Shown here piece by piece: positions 11,082 to 21,915 of a stretch of DNA of 64,000 nt. Made by a program: the position numbers and the translations under genes. Source of the DNA: Bdellovibrio sp. (GTDB lineage Bacteria > Bdellovibrionota > Bdellovibrionia > Bdellovibrionales > Bdellovibrionaceae); contig JAKFCY010000002.1 of assembly GCA_036676395.1 (NCBI GenBank), positions 1,536,001 to 1,600,000 of the forward strand, written 5' to 3'. Under the pieces are notes generated by a model. It saw only the letters and a list, made by a program, of their open reading frames with translations, ran no database searches and was not told where the DNA came from. The first letter of the stretch is position 1. Every line of letters begins with the position of its first letter.

Positions 11082-11629
11082 TAGTGTAACAATTCTTTCT
11101 TAACAGCAACATTACGCTGATTCATCACGATGTGAGCTGTTTCATCCATTGAAGTTGTCGACATGACTTTAGATTTTTGAATAAAACTTTTTGTCGCAAA
11201 AAACGGAACTTTTAAATGTAAACATAAGCTCATCGCTTCATCTGCACGAAGTTTGATACTTTGGTATTTTGCATGACCTGTCATAAAAATACGAACGTAC
11301 TGGTGGTTACCAGTGATCTCGATAAACACACAGCGCTCAATACGAATATCTAAGCTAGATAATAACTTTTCTAAAAACGCATGCGGTGTAGTCGTAACTT
11401 GTGTGGGGCTTGATTGTGACAAAGCTACACCCGCTTCTATTTGCGTCACCGCTACCGGAAGCGTGTGTTCGCCAAGCACATCTTTTAAGATTAAGAACGG
11501 ACGAGCGTTGTCATTATTTAAACTTAGGCCGTAAGGTTTTAACTCGACTAAATCATCATCATCAAAACCAAACTTTTCGTCTTGCTGAGAGTTAAATAAA
11601 AAATCGGCTTTAATATTTTCAACTACCAT
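11081..11629 (-). CDS. Bifunctional nuclease family protein (DUF151-like)
   Basis: PFLILKD..LPVAVTQIEA, TPHAFL, LRADEAMSLCL resemble DUF151 motifs. Confidence 0.7.
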   Translation of the reverse strand: MVVENIKADFLFNSQQDEKFGFDDDDLVELKPYGLSLNNDNARPFLILKDVLGEHTLPVAVTQIEAGVALSQSSPTQVTTTPHAFLEKLLSSLDIRIERCVFIEITGNHQYVRIFMTGHAKYQSIKLRADEAMSLCLHLKVPFFATKSFIQKSKVMSTTSMDETAHIVMNQRNVAVKKELLH

Positions 11630-11631
11630 AA

Positions 11632-13005
11632 TTATTGAACCAATTCACCACGAAGTACATTCGGCGTCGAAGAAATAATACGAACCGGAACTGTTTTGCC
11701 GATCAAATCACTTGAACCTAAAAAGTAAACTGATTTGTTCTGCGTGCTACGACCAAACGCTTTACCTTGTTCATTCACGCTCTCAACTAATACTTTTAAA
11801 GTTTGGCCCGTGTATTTCGCTACCAGTTCAAACGCTAATTTATCATGCACATCAAACAAATGATTTAGGCGGCGATTTTTAACTTCTTCAGGCAATTGGT
11901 CTTCAAATTTTGCAGCTTTTGTAAATGGACGTGGTGAATACATGAAAGCAAAGATTGTTTCATAACCAATTTCTTCAACCATTGTCACTGTGTCATTAAA
12001 TTCTTCTTCAGTCTCGCCAGGAAAACCGACAATGATGTCTGTTGATAAAACTAAATTAGGAATAATTTTTTTCATCTGGTTGATTTTAGCGATGTACTCT
12101 TCGCGCGTGTAATTACGGTTCATTCTATCTAAGATACGAGTGTTACCACTTTGAAAAGGCAAATGAACGTATTCGCAGATCTTATCCTGGTGATCAGCCA
12201 TAACGTGCATTAATTTTTCATTAAAGTCTTTAGGATGAGATGTCGTGTAACGAATTCGTTCGATATCAGTCTCAGTGGCTACTTTTTTTAATAAATCTGC
12301 GAAATCAAGACCGTCTTCAGATTCATAAGAATTTACGTTCTGTCCAAGTAACGTCACTTCTTTAACACCGCGTTGAATTAATGTTCTAACATCCATCATG
12401 ATATGCGAAAGAGGACGAGATTTTTCGCGGCCACGCGTGTACGGAACGATACAGAATGTGCAAAAATTATCGCAACCTTTAGTGATGTTTACGAATGTTG
12501 ATACCCCTGGATTACGAACTAGGGTTTCAACATGGTAAGGCGCACGGTGTTCAAATTTTGCATTTACGGCTTTAGTGTTCGTCTCGAACACTTGAGTGAC
12601 CAGGTTTGGTAATTGGTCGATATTATCAGTACCGAATACGAAATCGATCAACGGTTGGTTTTTAATTAAATTTTCTTTTTCTTGTTGGCCGACACAGCCA
12701 CCAACGCCAATTTTAAGATTTGGATTTTTCTTTTTTAAAACTTTAAAAGTTCCAACTTCAGAATAAACTTTATGAACGGGCTTTTCACGAACAGAGCACG
12801 CGTTGATGATAATTAACGAAGCTTCTTCGGCCGTTTTTACCGGAGTAAAATTAGCCATTTCTAAAAGAGAATGCATTCGTTCTGTGTCGTTTACGTTCAT
12901 CTGGCAGCCGTACGTAGAAATATAAACGCCGCGCCCTAAACCCACATCGCTGTTAAGGTAATTTTTAGAAATTTCAGGCATAGAATCAACATTAAGATCC
13001 GTCAT
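11632..13005 (-). CDS. miaB: tRNA-2-methylthio-N6-dimethylallyladenosine synthase
   Basis: TYGCQMNVND, CSVRE, radical SAM GCDNFCTFCIVP, LLGQNVNSY, DIIVGFPGET, TRAM domain. Confidence 0.97.
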   Translation of the reverse strand: MTDLNVDSMPEISKNYLNSDVGLGRGVYISTYGCQMNVNDTERMHSLLEMANFTPVKTAEEASLIIINACSVREKPVHKVYSEVGTFKVLKKKNPNLKIGVGGCVGQQEKENLIKNQPLIDFVFGTDNIDQLPNLVTQVFETNTKAVNAKFEHRAPYHVETLVRNPGVSTFVNITKGCDNFCTFCIVPYTRGREKSRPLSHIMMDVRTLIQRGVKEVTLLGQNVNSYESEDGLDFADLLKKVATETDIERIRYTTSHPKDFNEKLMHVMADHQDKICEYVHLPFQSGNTRILDRMNRNYTREEYIAKINQMKKIIPNLVLSTDIIVGFPGETEEEFNDTVTMVEEIGYETIFAFMYSPRPFTKAAKFEDQLPEEVKNRRLNHLFDVHDKLAFELVAKYTGQTLKVLVESVNEQGKAFGRSTQNKSVYFLGSSDLIGKTVPVRIISSTPNVLRGELVQ

Positions 13006-13132
13006 TGCGTTTGCTTCCTTTGTACTTGAGAAATTTGAACCCCCGAGATATAAAAAACCCCTCTGTAACAGTCAATGAATACTCTCTAAACCGTGTATTA
13101 AAAACTCTGTTTACAAGAATGAGGATTACCTT

Positions 13133-13726
13133 ATGAAACCACGTTATAAAATTAGCCAAAAATGGACCCCGTTCCCTGTTGAGTTCAGCGAACAAATTAG
13201 ATTAGTTTTTGTGCAGAATTTCGAAAAAGACATGGGAAAAACCATGAGCTTATCGGTGGATGGCCGCATTTACCAGAAGGAAATAACGCTACGTGTTGGT
13301 CTTCATTCAAAAGGTGAACTTAAGCACTTTAACATCGAAGCCTCAGTAGATCTTCCTCCAAATCCTGCAAAAGATGAAAATAAAGTTTTTGAAACTATCT
13401 CTATCGCCGTCGATGCCCTAGCAAGTCTTGTGGCCGAATACTTTGAAAATGACCGCGAACTTGAAATTCCATTCACATGGACTGAAACAACTTTTGAAGG
13501 TAAAAAAGTTTGGATTCAACACTCTACAGAAAACCCAGACCTTGAGGCTGAAGCCAATAAACTATTGGGTCTAGTTGATGACGAAGAAGGCGTGTTAAAA
13601 GATGCTGCTGATGAAAAATCAGAAGACATCCTAGACGCTACCGAAGAAGAATTTGATGAGTTTGCCGAAAATCTTTCAAGCGAACCACAAATGTTCAAAA
13701 AAAAGAAAAAGGATGATTTACACTAG
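13133..13726 (+). CDS. Hypothetical protein with acidic C-terminus
   Basis: 197 aa ORF with GAGGA RBS; ends KKKKKDDLH. Confidence 0.7.
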   Translation: MKPRYKISQKWTPFPVEFSEQIRLVFVQNFEKDMGKTMSLSVDGRIYQKEITLRVGLHSKGELKHFNIEASVDLPPNPAKDENKVFETISIAVDALASLVAEYFENDRELEIPFTWTETTFEGKKVWIQHSTENPDLEAEANKLLGLVDDEEGVLKDAADEKSEDILDATEEEFDEFAENLSSEPQMFKKKKKDDLH

Positions 13727-13751
13727 CTGAAAAATCAGCCACCATAACCGT

Positions 13752-14102
13752 ATGGCTGAAGTTAGAGATATTCCTGCAGGCACTACTCTTTTCTACGAGG
13801 GCGAAATTCCCGACAACATGTATGTCGTGAAAAAAGGCGGCTTCGATATTCTCAAAAAAATCGATGGTAATGAAGTTAAAGTCAGCGAAGCCAAAGAAGG
13901 CCAACTGATTGGTGAAATGGCGTTATTTGATTTAAAGCCACGTTCAGCAACGATCAAATCCAATCAAGACTCATCAGTCGTGGTATTACCTTATGTAAAT
14001 TTATTAGATCAGTTAGATAAATTACCAGCTTGGGTAAAAATCGTCATGCGCACGTTATCTGATAACTTACGTAAAACCACAGAACAAATGATGAAGAAGT
14101 AG
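13752..14102 (+). CDS. Stand-alone cyclic nucleotide-binding domain protein
   Basis: LFYEGE, MYVVKKG, IGEMALFDLKPRSAT phosphate-binding cassette. Confidence 0.9.
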   Translation: MAEVRDIPAGTTLFYEGEIPDNMYVVKKGGFDILKKIDGNEVKVSEAKEGQLIGEMALFDLKPRSATIKSNQDSSVVVLPYVNLLDQLDKLPAWVKIVMRTLSDNLRKTTEQMMKK

Positions 14103-14124
14103 CGATTTTTTAAAAATTGCGAAT

Positions 14125-14153
14125 AAAAAAAGGGAAGTTTAACTTCCCTTTTT
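14125..14153. terminator. Bidirectional intrinsic terminator
   Basis: AAAAAAAGGGAAGTT-T-AACTTCCCTTTTT between convergent genes. Confidence 0.85.
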
Positions 14154-14179
14154 CGTTTCTAGATTTGCAGAACAAGGAT

Positions 14180-15022
14180 CTAGTAATCCCCGTCATCATC
14201 CATACTTGGCGCATCGCCAATACCACGGATTTCGTCAGAGAATGATTGAACTTCATCGTCGTTGCCATCGTTTTCGTTTAATGCTGATTCATCGATTTCA
14301 AGTTCTTGGATAGCCATTAAGAATTCTTTTTCTGATTTAAGATCTTTTCTAATCATCTCTAAGAATTTATCTGGGTAACGAGATGTTAAATCTTCAACGT
14401 ATTTTTCTAATTTACCATCAATTAAAATAGCTTTTCTGATTTGGATTTTCTTCCAAAGTAATAAGTAGTGAAAACGGCAGTAACCTTCAACGCTCGCTAC
14501 TTGATCGCAATCACGTACGCGGCATAAACGACGGCCTTCAGAATCGGTAAGATAAATTTCTTCATCTTTTTGCTCTTCTTCGTCATCGTCAGAAATGTCT
14601 AAGTTTTCGTCTTCATCAACTTCTTCAACTTCTTTTAAATCATCTTCGTAATCAGAGATTTCTGAATCGCCAAAATTATCATCAAATAGATCATCATCTT
14701 CTTCGGCAGTTGCTTTTTTCTCAGTCTTTTTAGATTTAGATTTAAGCTTAGCGTCAGCCTTCGGAGCCTTAACGCTCTCAGCCACAACTGCTTTAGTTTC
14801 AACTTTTTTAGGAGCTTCGGCTTTCTTTAAAACAGGCTTTGCTTCTTTTTTAAGAACAACTTTTGCTTTAGGTACAGGCTTAGCAATAGGCTTAGCTGCC
14901 ACTTTTGCCTGAACTTTAGCTTTTACCACAGATTTAGCTGCTGGTTTTGCCTTAGTTGCGGGCTTCGCAGTCGCTTTTGTAACAACTTTTGCTTTAATTT
15001 TAGACGCAATCTTTTTAGCCAT
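14180..15022 (-). CDS. Hypothetical protein: Lys/Ala/Pro-rich N-terminus, acidic linker, Cys/His finger-like domain
   Basis: ATG at 15022 with CAGGAG RBS; AKPA/KAK repeats, D/E tract, CRVRDC...YCRFH. Confidence 0.75.
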   Translation of the reverse strand: MAKKIASKIKAKVVTKATAKPATKAKPAAKSVVKAKVQAKVAAKPIAKPVPKAKVVLKKEAKPVLKKAEAPKKVETKAVVAESVKAPKADAKLKSKSKKTEKKATAEEDDDLFDDNFGDSEISDYEDDLKEVEEVDEDENLDISDDDEEEQKDEEIYLTDSEGRRLCRVRDCDQVASVEGYCRFHYLLLWKKIQIRKAILIDGKLEKYVEDLTSRYPDKFLEMIRKDLKSEKEFLMAIQELEIDESALNENDGNDDEVQSFSDEIRGIGDAPSMDDDGDY

Positions 15023-15143
15023 GAGTACTCCTGAAGTAATATACAAAATAGCGTTGCGACATAATGCAAATACTGTCAACCGCTTTTATTGAAGTTCTTT
15101 TCGCTCTCGTGTTAAATTGATTTTTTAACAAAGGAATAAGTCT

Positions 15144-16322
15144 ATGGAAAAAATCGTAATCGTATCAGCACAACGTACTCCTGTTGGAAGTTTTCAAGGT
15201 CAATTATCTACACTTGCGGCACCGCGCTTAGGCGCAATCGCCATTAAATCTGCTTTAGAAAAAGCTAATGTTAAAACGACTGAAATTGATGAAGTGATCA
15301 TGGGCCAAGTATTAACTGCCGGTGTTGGACAAGCTCCCGCACGTCAAGCAGCGATATACGCTGGCATTGCAAACTCTGCAGTGTGCATGACGATCAATAA
15401 AGTTTGCGGATCTGGCTTAAAAGCAGTGATGCTTGCAGCCGATTCGTTACGCCTAGGTCATACAACGATCGCGGTTGCTGGCGGACAAGAAAATATGTCA
15501 CTTGCTCCTCACTTATTAGAAAATTCTCGTAATGGTTACCGCATGGGTTCAGTGCAAATGATCGATTCAATGGTTAAAGATGGCCTTTGGGATCCTTACA
15601 ATAATTTTCATATGGGAAATGCTGCTGAAATCTGTTCGCGTGAATTTTCATTCACTCGTGAAGCGCAAGATGCATTTGCTATTGATTCATATAAAAAAGC
15701 TCAAGCAGCAACAGCTGCAGGTCATTTCAAAAATGAAATCGCAGAAGTTACTATTGAAGGCAAAAAAGGTAATGTAGTTGTTAACATCGATGAAGAACCA
15801 ACTAAAGCGATGTTTGATAAAATGCCAGGTTTAAAACCTGCGTTTGAAAAAGACGGAACAATCACTGCAGCTAATGCTTCAAAAATTAACGATGGCGCAG
15901 CAGCTGTTGTATTAATGACTGAATCAGAAGCTAAAAAACGCGGCTTAAAACCATTAGCTACAATCATTTCGCAAGCTACTTTTGCTCAAGAACCTAAATA
16001 CTTTACTACAGCTCCGGTTGGCGCGATTAAAAAATCACTTCAATTTGCATCACTAAATGTAAATGACATCGATTTATTTGAAATCAATGAAGCATTTGCA
16101 AACGTGACTATGGCTGCACAAAAATCTTTAGAAATTCCAGCTGAAAAAACAAACGTACACGGTGGTGCGATTGCGATTGGTCATCCCATCGGTGGATCTG
16201 GCGCTCGTATTTTAACTACCCTTGTTCACTCACTTCACACTCGTAATGCAAAACGTGGCCTAGCTACATTATGCATCGGCGGCGGCGAAGCAGTTTCTGT
16301 AATCATTGAAAAATACAACTAG
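15144..16322 (+). CDS. atoB: Acetyl-CoA C-acetyltransferase (thiolase)
   Basis: [25 protein letters not shown]. Confidence 0.95.
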   Translation: MEKIVIVSAQRTPVGSFQGQLSTLAAPRLGAIAIKSALEKANVKTTEIDEVIMGQVLTAGVGQAPARQAAIYAGIANSAVCMTINKVCGSGLKAVMLAADSLRLGHTTIAVAGGQENMSLAPHLLENSRNGYRMGSVQMIDSMVKDGLWDPYNNFHMGNAAEICSREFSFTREAQDAFAIDSYKKAQAATAAGHFKNEIAEVTIEGKKGNVVVNIDEEPTKAMFDKMPGLKPAFEKDGTITAANASKINDGAAAVVLMTESEAKKRGLKPLATIISQATFAQEPKYFTTAPVGAIKKSLQFASLNVNDIDLFEINEAFANVTMAAQKSLEIPAEKTNVHGGAIAIGHPIGGSGARILTTLVHSLHTRNAKRGLATLCIGGGEAVSVIIEKYN

Positions 16323-16330
16323 AGGATATT

Positions 16331-17029
16331 ATGTCTACTAAAGTTTATGCTAATGCAAAAGAAGCCCTAAAAGGTGTCGCAGATAATATGACATACTTAG
16401 TGGGTGGTTTTGGTCTTTGCGGAATTCCAGAAAACTGCATCGAAGCCCTTCGCGATTCTGGTGTTAAAAATATTACTTGCGTCAGTAACAACGCCGGCGT
16501 TGATGATTTTGGTTTAGGTTTATTACTAAAAACCCGTCAGATTAAAAAAATGATGTCTTCATACGTTGGCGAAAACGCGACGTTCGAAAAACAATTTATG
16601 TCAGGTGAATTAGAACTAGAATTTTGCCCGCAAGGAACCTTAGCAGAACGATTACGTGCTGGTGGCGCTGGCATTCCTGCATTCTACACACCGACTGGTG
16701 TAGGAACTAAAATCGCCGAAGGCAAAGAAGTTCGCCAATTTGATGGCCGTGACTTCGTTTTAGAAAAAGGTATCACCGGAGACTTTGCATTTGTTAAAGC
16801 CTGGAAAGGCGACAAATTCGGAAATCTGGTTTTTAGAAAAACAGCCCGCAATTTTAATCCGATGATTGCTACTGCCGGAAAAATCACAGTAGCTGAAGTT
16901 GAAGAATTAGTTGAAATTGGCGAATTAGAGCCTGATCAAGTTCACACTCCTGGCGTATACGTGCAAAGAATTTTCAAAGTTACTAACCAAGAAAAACGCA
17001 TCGAACAACGTACTGTGAGAAAAGGTTAA
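16331..17029 (+). CDS. scoA: 3-oxoacid CoA-transferase subunit A
   Basis: [42 protein letters not shown]. Confidence 0.95.
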   Translation: MSTKVYANAKEALKGVADNMTYLVGGFGLCGIPENCIEALRDSGVKNITCVSNNAGVDDFGLGLLLKTRQIKKMMSSYVGENATFEKQFMSGELELEFCPQGTLAERLRAGGAGIPAFYTPTGVGTKIAEGKEVRQFDGRDFVLEKGITGDFAFVKAWKGDKFGNLVFRKTARNFNPMIATAGKITVAEVEELVEIGELEPDQVHTPGVYVQRIFKVTNQEKRIEQRTVRKG

Positions 17030-17032
17030 CTT

Positions 17033-17689
17033 ATGCCATTAAATAAAGAACAAATTGCACAAAGAATTTCTCAAGAAGTACAAGATGGCTACACAGTAAA
17101 TCTTGGAATCGGCATTCCTACTCTTGTTGTAAATTATATCCCACCAACAAAAACTGTTATGTTTCAGAGCGAAAACGGATTATTAGGCATGGGCCCTTTT
17201 CCTCTGGAAGGCACTGAAGACGCTGATCTTATCAACGCCGGAAAACAAACTGTCACAGCATTAAAAGGCGCAAGTTTTTTTTCAAGCGCAGATAGTTTTG
17301 CAATGATTCGCGGTGGCCACATTGATTTAACTGTACTGGGTGCGATGGAAGTCGACGAAAACGGAAGCATCGCTAATTGGATGGTTCCAGGTAAAATGGT
17401 TAAAGGCATGGGCGGCGCGATGGATTTAGTTGCGGGTGCAAAAAATGTAATCGTAGCCATGCAACATGTAGATAAAGAAGGTAATTCAAAACTTCGCACA
17501 AAATGCACACTGCCGTTAACAGGCGTAAAGTGTATTAAAAAAATCGTTTCTGATTACGGCGTAATTGATGTCACAGAAAATGGTTTTGTCTTACGTGAAT
17601 ATGCTCCCGATCTTACAGCTGAAGCTGTTGTTAAAGCCACTGAAGGCAAAATGACAATCGCACCAGATTGTAAACCGATGACATTTTAA
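17033..17689 (+). CDS. scoB: 3-oxoacid CoA-transferase subunit B
   Basis: VNLGIGIPT, QSENG catalytic Glu, GMGGAMDLV. Confidence 0.95.
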   Translation: MPLNKEQIAQRISQEVQDGYTVNLGIGIPTLVVNYIPPTKTVMFQSENGLLGMGPFPLEGTEDADLINAGKQTVTALKGASFFSSADSFAMIRGGHIDLTVLGAMEVDENGSIANWMVPGKMVKGMGGAMDLVAGAKNVIVAMQHVDKEGNSKLRTKCTLPLTGVKCIKKIVSDYGVIDVTENGFVLREYAPDLTAEAVVKATEGKMTIAPDCKPMTF

Positions 17690-17901
17690 TGGGAGATATT
17701 TCTCTTTCATCGCTAGCTGCGGGCTTTGTTTTTGGAGTCATTGGCTTTTGGCTCTTTAAAGAAGGTAAACGTCGCACAGAGGTGCGTTTAGTCATCATTG
17801 GCATTACAATGATGGGTTATTCGTACTTCACTGGTTCGCCTCTCGCTGATTGGGGCATAGGCCTTGGGTTATGCGGCCTGGCCTATTTTTACTGGGTGTA
17901 A
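17689..17901 (+). CDS. Small membrane protein
   Basis: 70 aa with three hydrophobic segments; TAATG coupling to scoB stop. Confidence 0.65.
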   Translation: MGDISLSSLAAGFVFGVIGFWLFKEGKRRTEVRLVIIGITMMGYSYFTGSPLADWGIGLGLCGLAYFYWV

Positions 17902-17998
17902 TTTAAACTGCCCGCCCTGTTTTCTAGAGTGAAAACTTGAGTATATTTTTCAAGCAAGTCACATTTTTGAGCTAGTGCCGAAGCGATACTGTGTTAAT

Positions 17999-18014
17999 TG
18001 GCCTTCACCTTGCT
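17999..18014 (+). promoter_or_regulatory. Sigma54 (-24/-12) promoter
   Basis: TGGCCTT-CACC-TTGCT has the invariant GG/GC and spacing of TGGCACG-N4-TTGCW, 35 nt before the ATG at 18050. Confidence 0.65.
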
Positions 18015-18049
18015 TTAGTGATCTTCCGAACACATATCGGGAGATATAA

Positions 18050-18715
18050 ATGAAAACTACACTCATCGCATTACTACTACTTTTATCAACTCAAAGCTTC
18101 GCACAAAAGCCACCATCAGCAGCTGTTACTAGCGTACAAATCGATGGCTCTGGCTGTGAAGCTGGTTCTGCGAATGCTCTTATCACCTCAGACTTAAATT
18201 ACTTAAGCGTATTATATGATCGCTTCTCTGTAGAGCTTGGCAAAGGCACTGCAAATCCAAAAGATTCAAACGACGAAAAATCTTGCTCGATCGTTGTAAA
18301 TATCAACGTTCCACATGGTTGGACTTTTGATTTTGATACTGTTGATTACCGTGGTTTTGTTGAAGTTACAAACTCAGGTGCTTTAGGTTACCAATTCATT
18401 AAGGCTGAAATTGAAGGCGGAAGATCTTTTGGTTTTGAACAAAAAGTATTTAAAGGACCAATCAACAAAAATTATGTTGTATCAGTTAAAAATCAAGCTC
18501 CAGGAATTTTTGGAAGCCTTGGTGGTATCGGTAAAATCGGCGGAGCTGTAGCTTGTTTATCCGGCGGTCAAAACATCCGTGTAAAAATCAAATCACAAAT
18601 CGGCGTTAAAAGCTTAATTAAATTCTTAAAACCAAGAGCACGTCTAGTGATCGATTCAACAGACGCGTCTATGGCGCAAAGATTAAAATTCAACTGGAAA
18701 CGTTGCGGCGGTTAA
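18050..18715 (+). CDS. Secreted DUF4360-like protein
   Basis: Signal peptide; GSGC, K.C.I.V.INVPHGW, DYRGF, terminal WKRC pattern. Confidence 0.75.
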   Translation: MKTTLIALLLLLSTQSFAQKPPSAAVTSVQIDGSGCEAGSANALITSDLNYLSVLYDRFSVELGKGTANPKDSNDEKSCSIVVNINVPHGWTFDFDTVDYRGFVEVTNSGALGYQFIKAEIEGGRSFGFEQKVFKGPINKNYVVSVKNQAPGIFGSLGGIGKIGGAVACLSGGQNIRVKIKSQIGVKSLIKFLKPRARLVIDSTDASMAQRLKFNWKRCGG

Positions 18716-18716
18716 T

Positions 18717-20204
18717 CTAACCAATCTCTTTTACAGATGAAAACCGAAGAGGCAGCTTTGAATCAGCTGCCTTTTTATATTCTTCGCCACCTAGCGTGTG
18801 CACATGTAAAGAATTCGTTTTACCTTTTTCTGATAAGGGCTGACCTAGCGTGAAAATAATTTTATCACCCGTTTTGCCTAAACCATTTTCGATTAACATC
18901 TGTTCAATTTGCGTGATAATATCTTTTAAATTCGTGTAAGGCTTTAAAGCTAGAGTTTGTAAACCCCATAAAATTTCTAAACGATTTAACACTTCAATAT
19001 CTGTTGTCACAGCAACGATTTGAGCTTTCGGGCGAAAGCTAGAAATAATTTGCGCGGTTTTTCCTGAAGTTGTTAAACACACAATCGCTGAAGCATTTAA
19101 TTTTAAAGCTGAAAGCGCAGAACTTGCTGCAATCGCCGCAGGCGTTGATAACAATTCATTTTCTAAAGAAATTTTATAATAATTTTCTTCGTTCTTTTCA
19201 ACTTCAAGAATGATTTCATGCATAGTGCGAATCGCTTTAAACGGGTATTTACCGCTTGCGCTTTCTGCAGACAACATTAAGGCATCAGTGCCATCCAGCA
19301 CGGCATTGGCCACATCTGTGATCTCGGCGCGCGTTGGGCGTGGATTTTCAACCATTGAATCCAGCATTTGTGTTGCTGTGATAACGGGTTTTCCTAATTG
19401 ATTGCAAAGTTTAATAATTTTTTTCTGAGAACTTGGCAAACGGCTTTGGCCAACTTCAACGGCTAAGTCTCCGCGGGCGACCATGACGACATCTGATAGG
19501 CGCACGATCTCTTCTAAATTTTCAAGAGCCTCTAACATTTCAATTTTAGCTACGATTTTGGCCGGCGATTTATGAGCGTCAATAATTTCACGCAATTGCC
19601 TGATATCTTTACCAAAACGCACGAAACTTAAAGCGATAAAATCTACGCCATGTTTCAAACCGAAATCTAAATCTTTTAAATCTTTTTCAGTCATCGCTTC
19701 GACAGGCAAAAGAATACCTGGTAAGTTCATGCCTTTTCGGTTTTTTAAGATGCCGCCGTAAATCACTTTAGCTTCAAGAGCTTTTTCGCCGACTTTCAAG
19801 ACTTCAAGCTCAATCAAACCATCATCAATTAAAATTTTATTTCCAGGTTTTGCTGCTTTACAAAGCTCTTTGAAATCACTTGGGATCAAACCCTCTTTAC
19901 CCAACACATCTTCGATGGTCACTGTAACTATTTGATTTTGCGCTAATGTGATTGAGCCTTTTTCAAAAAGACCAACACGCACTTTAGGGCCTTGCAAATC
20001 TTGTAAGATAGTGACCGGCGCATTTAATTCAATCGATTTTGCACGTACGGCGTGAATCACTTTTAAATGATCTTCATGAGTGCCATGGCTGAAATTAAGC
20101 CTGGCTACGTTCATGCCGGCGCGAATAGCCTGAGCGATATTTTCAGGGTCTTGAGTTGCGGGTCCGATTGTGGCTACGATTTTTGCTCTACGATGTGCTA
20201 ACAT
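18717..20204 (-). CDS. pyk: Pyruvate kinase
   Basis: KIVATIGP, ARLNFSHG, DLQGPK, AKIE, MVARGDL, ATQMLDSM, PTRAE. Confidence 0.98.
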   Translation of the reverse strand: MLAHRRAKIVATIGPATQDPENIAQAIRAGMNVARLNFSHGTHEDHLKVIHAVRAKSIELNAPVTILQDLQGPKVRVGLFEKGSITLAQNQIVTVTIEDVLGKEGLIPSDFKELCKAAKPGNKILIDDGLIELEVLKVGEKALEAKVIYGGILKNRKGMNLPGILLPVEAMTEKDLKDLDFGLKHGVDFIALSFVRFGKDIRQLREIIDAHKSPAKIVAKIEMLEALENLEEIVRLSDVVMVARGDLAVEVGQSRLPSSQKKIIKLCNQLGKPVITATQMLDSMVENPRPTRAEITDVANAVLDGTDALMLSAESASGKYPFKAIRTMHEIILEVEKNEENYYKISLENELLSTPAAIAASSALSALKLNASAIVCLTTSGKTAQIISSFRPKAQIVAVTTDIEVLNRLEILWGLQTLALKPYTNLKDIITQIEQMLIENGLGKTGDKIIFTLGQPLSEKGKTNSLHVHTLGGEEYKKAADSKLPLRFSSVKEIG

Positions 20205-20221
20205 TGAACTACAATAGCGAT

Positions 20222-20890
20222 TTACTGAACGAAAGTCCTCTTAAAAAAAGTTTCTTTGTTTTTACGCTGTTGTTCACGAATACGACGAGCACGCTCGGCT
20301 TCTTGTTTTTTCTGTTCTTCAACAGAAGCAATTCGGCGGTTTAAAATCTGCTTATGCACAGCCACATCTTGCTTGAAGCTTTTATTGTAAATAGGCGAAA
20401 TGTTTTTGTATTCAGCTTTTAAGGCATCAACACTATTATAAAAACCAGCTAATTTTTTAATAAACGGTTCACGGTCTAAAAGATATCTTTCAGTCTCGCC
20501 GTCACTAAACTTAAAGACATAAAAATCCTTACCATCAATCACTTCGATCTGGCCTTTGGTAATATCGGCATAAGACGGAAATTTAGTCAGCGGAACACCT
20601 TTTACATGCACAGCGCTCTTTGTACCCAGCACAATGAACCCACCAACAACAGGTTCAAGATTAAGTTGTGTAAAGTCAGTAATTTTTACGACCGCATTTT
20701 TTAAAAAAACGAAGCTTGTTTGGTTAATGACTGATTTATGACGAGAAATTGATTTAATAGTGCAAGGCAGAGTTTGTTTTACGTAACAATCAGCTGGCTG
20801 ACTTACGATTTCATCATCTTTAACCGCCACAGCTTTTGCCATTGCATTAAATGATAAAGATAAAAGAAATACCGCCACAAGTTGTTTCAT
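20222..20890 (-). CDS. Secreted hypothetical protein with RRIAS motif and C-terminal coiled coil
   Basis: Signal peptide MKQLVAVFLLSLSFNAMA; 1 nt after the upstream stop. Confidence 0.65.
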   Translation of the reverse strand: MKQLVAVFLLSLSFNAMAKAVAVKDDEIVSQPADCYVKQTLPCTIKSISRHKSVINQTSFVFLKNAVVKITDFTQLNLEPVVGGFIVLGTKSAVHVKGVPLTKFPSYADITKGQIEVIDGKDFYVFKFSDGETERYLLDREPFIKKLAGFYNSVDALKAEYKNISPIYNKSFKQDVAVHKQILNRRIASVEEQKKQEAERARRIREQQRKNKETFFKRTFVQ

Positions 20891-20891
20891 A

Positions 20892-21500
20892 TTATTCTAC
20901 CTTTAACCCACTGAAATCGCTCTTAAGAATTCCTTCAATTTTGCGTGAATCTTCTTTGCGATTGAGTAATGCGTACGACTTTGATAACCACTGCAGGCCC
21001 TTACCTGTCCAATAAGACTCTGGATAGCGCAAGACCATATTATCCAATGTATCTATGCACACTTCAGATAATTTTAAATTTGAACACTGAAGCGCAATTG
21101 ATTCGTAATCAGCACGCGCTAAATACTCATCATTAGCTGTAGATTTTTTAATTTTTTCAACCATGACCAATGCTTCTTTGAATTTTTTCTTTTGTTTTAG
21201 CTCGGTTACGCGCATGAAATAAAATTCAGACAGATCAACATCTTTATGTTTTATTTTAGACAATGACTTTTGCACATCAGAATCAACTGAAGCGATGCCA
21301 CGCGCATTAAAATGGCTTAAACTGTTTAGCTCAGCTAATTGAATTTCCAGCTTTTTTTGCTCTAAAGCTTGCGACAAGAATTGGATACGTTTTTTGTCGA
21401 TTTCTGAGCCTTCTATATAAATGTCAAAACAAATATAAAATGACGATAGGCCAAAAAGTAGAAATAAGCTTAAAAATAGATATTGATAGCTTCTGCTCAT
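20892..21500 (-). CDS. Membrane-anchored TPR-like hypothetical protein
   Basis: N-terminal TM, RGIAS, YPES..TGKGL..L..SY TPR-like helices. Confidence 0.6.
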   Translation of the reverse strand: MSRSYQYLFLSLFLLFGLSSFYICFDIYIEGSEIDKKRIQFLSQALEQKKLEIQLAELNSLSHFNARGIASVDSDVQKSLSKIKHKDVDLSEFYFMRVTELKQKKKFKEALVMVEKIKKSTANDEYLARADYESIALQCSNLKLSEVCIDTLDNMVLRYPESYWTGKGLQWLSKSYALLNRKEDSRKIEGILKSDFSGLKVE

Positions 21501-21507
21501 GTATCAC

Positions 21508-21534
21508 ATTTCGGCAATTATAAGACTAAAGTTA
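21508..21534 (-). promoter_or_regulatory. Sigma28 (FliA)-like promoter
   Basis: TAAC-N15-GCCGAAAT versus consensus TAAA-N15-GCCGATAA; ATG 7 nt downstream. Confidence 0.55.
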
Positions 21535-21624
21535 AGAAATTCCTTAATGTTATGCAGAAAAAGATGACTGAAAAGCAGTAACTCATTAGGTTCATAGTTC
21601 GCATTTACAGTGTTTGGGGATTCG

Positions 21625-21912
21625 ATGAACAAAGCAGAGTTAGTTACCGCAGTTTCTGATAAAACTAAACTTTCAAAGTCTCAAGTTGAGACAATGATCA
21701 ATACCACCTTAGAAGTTATCCAAAAAACTGTGTCTAAAGGCGAAGAGGTTAAGATCGTAGGTTTTGGTTCATTTCAAGTGCAAGCCCGCAAAGCTAAAAC
21801 TGGTCGTAACCCAAAAACCGGCGAAACTCATAAAATTCCAGAATGCTCTATTCCCCGCTTCAAGCCAGGCAAAGAATTCAAAACCCTTGTTGGCAAAAAG
21901 AAAGCTACTTAG
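21625..21912 (+). CDS. hup: HU family DNA-binding protein
   Basis: MNKAELV, GFGSF, GRNPKTGE, PRFKPGKEFK. Confidence 0.93.
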   Translation: MNKAELVTAVSDKTKLSKSQVETMINTTLEVIQKTVSKGEEVKIVGFGSFQVQARKAKTGRNPKTGETHKIPECSIPRFKPGKEFKTLVGKKKAT

Positions 21913-21915
21913 AAC

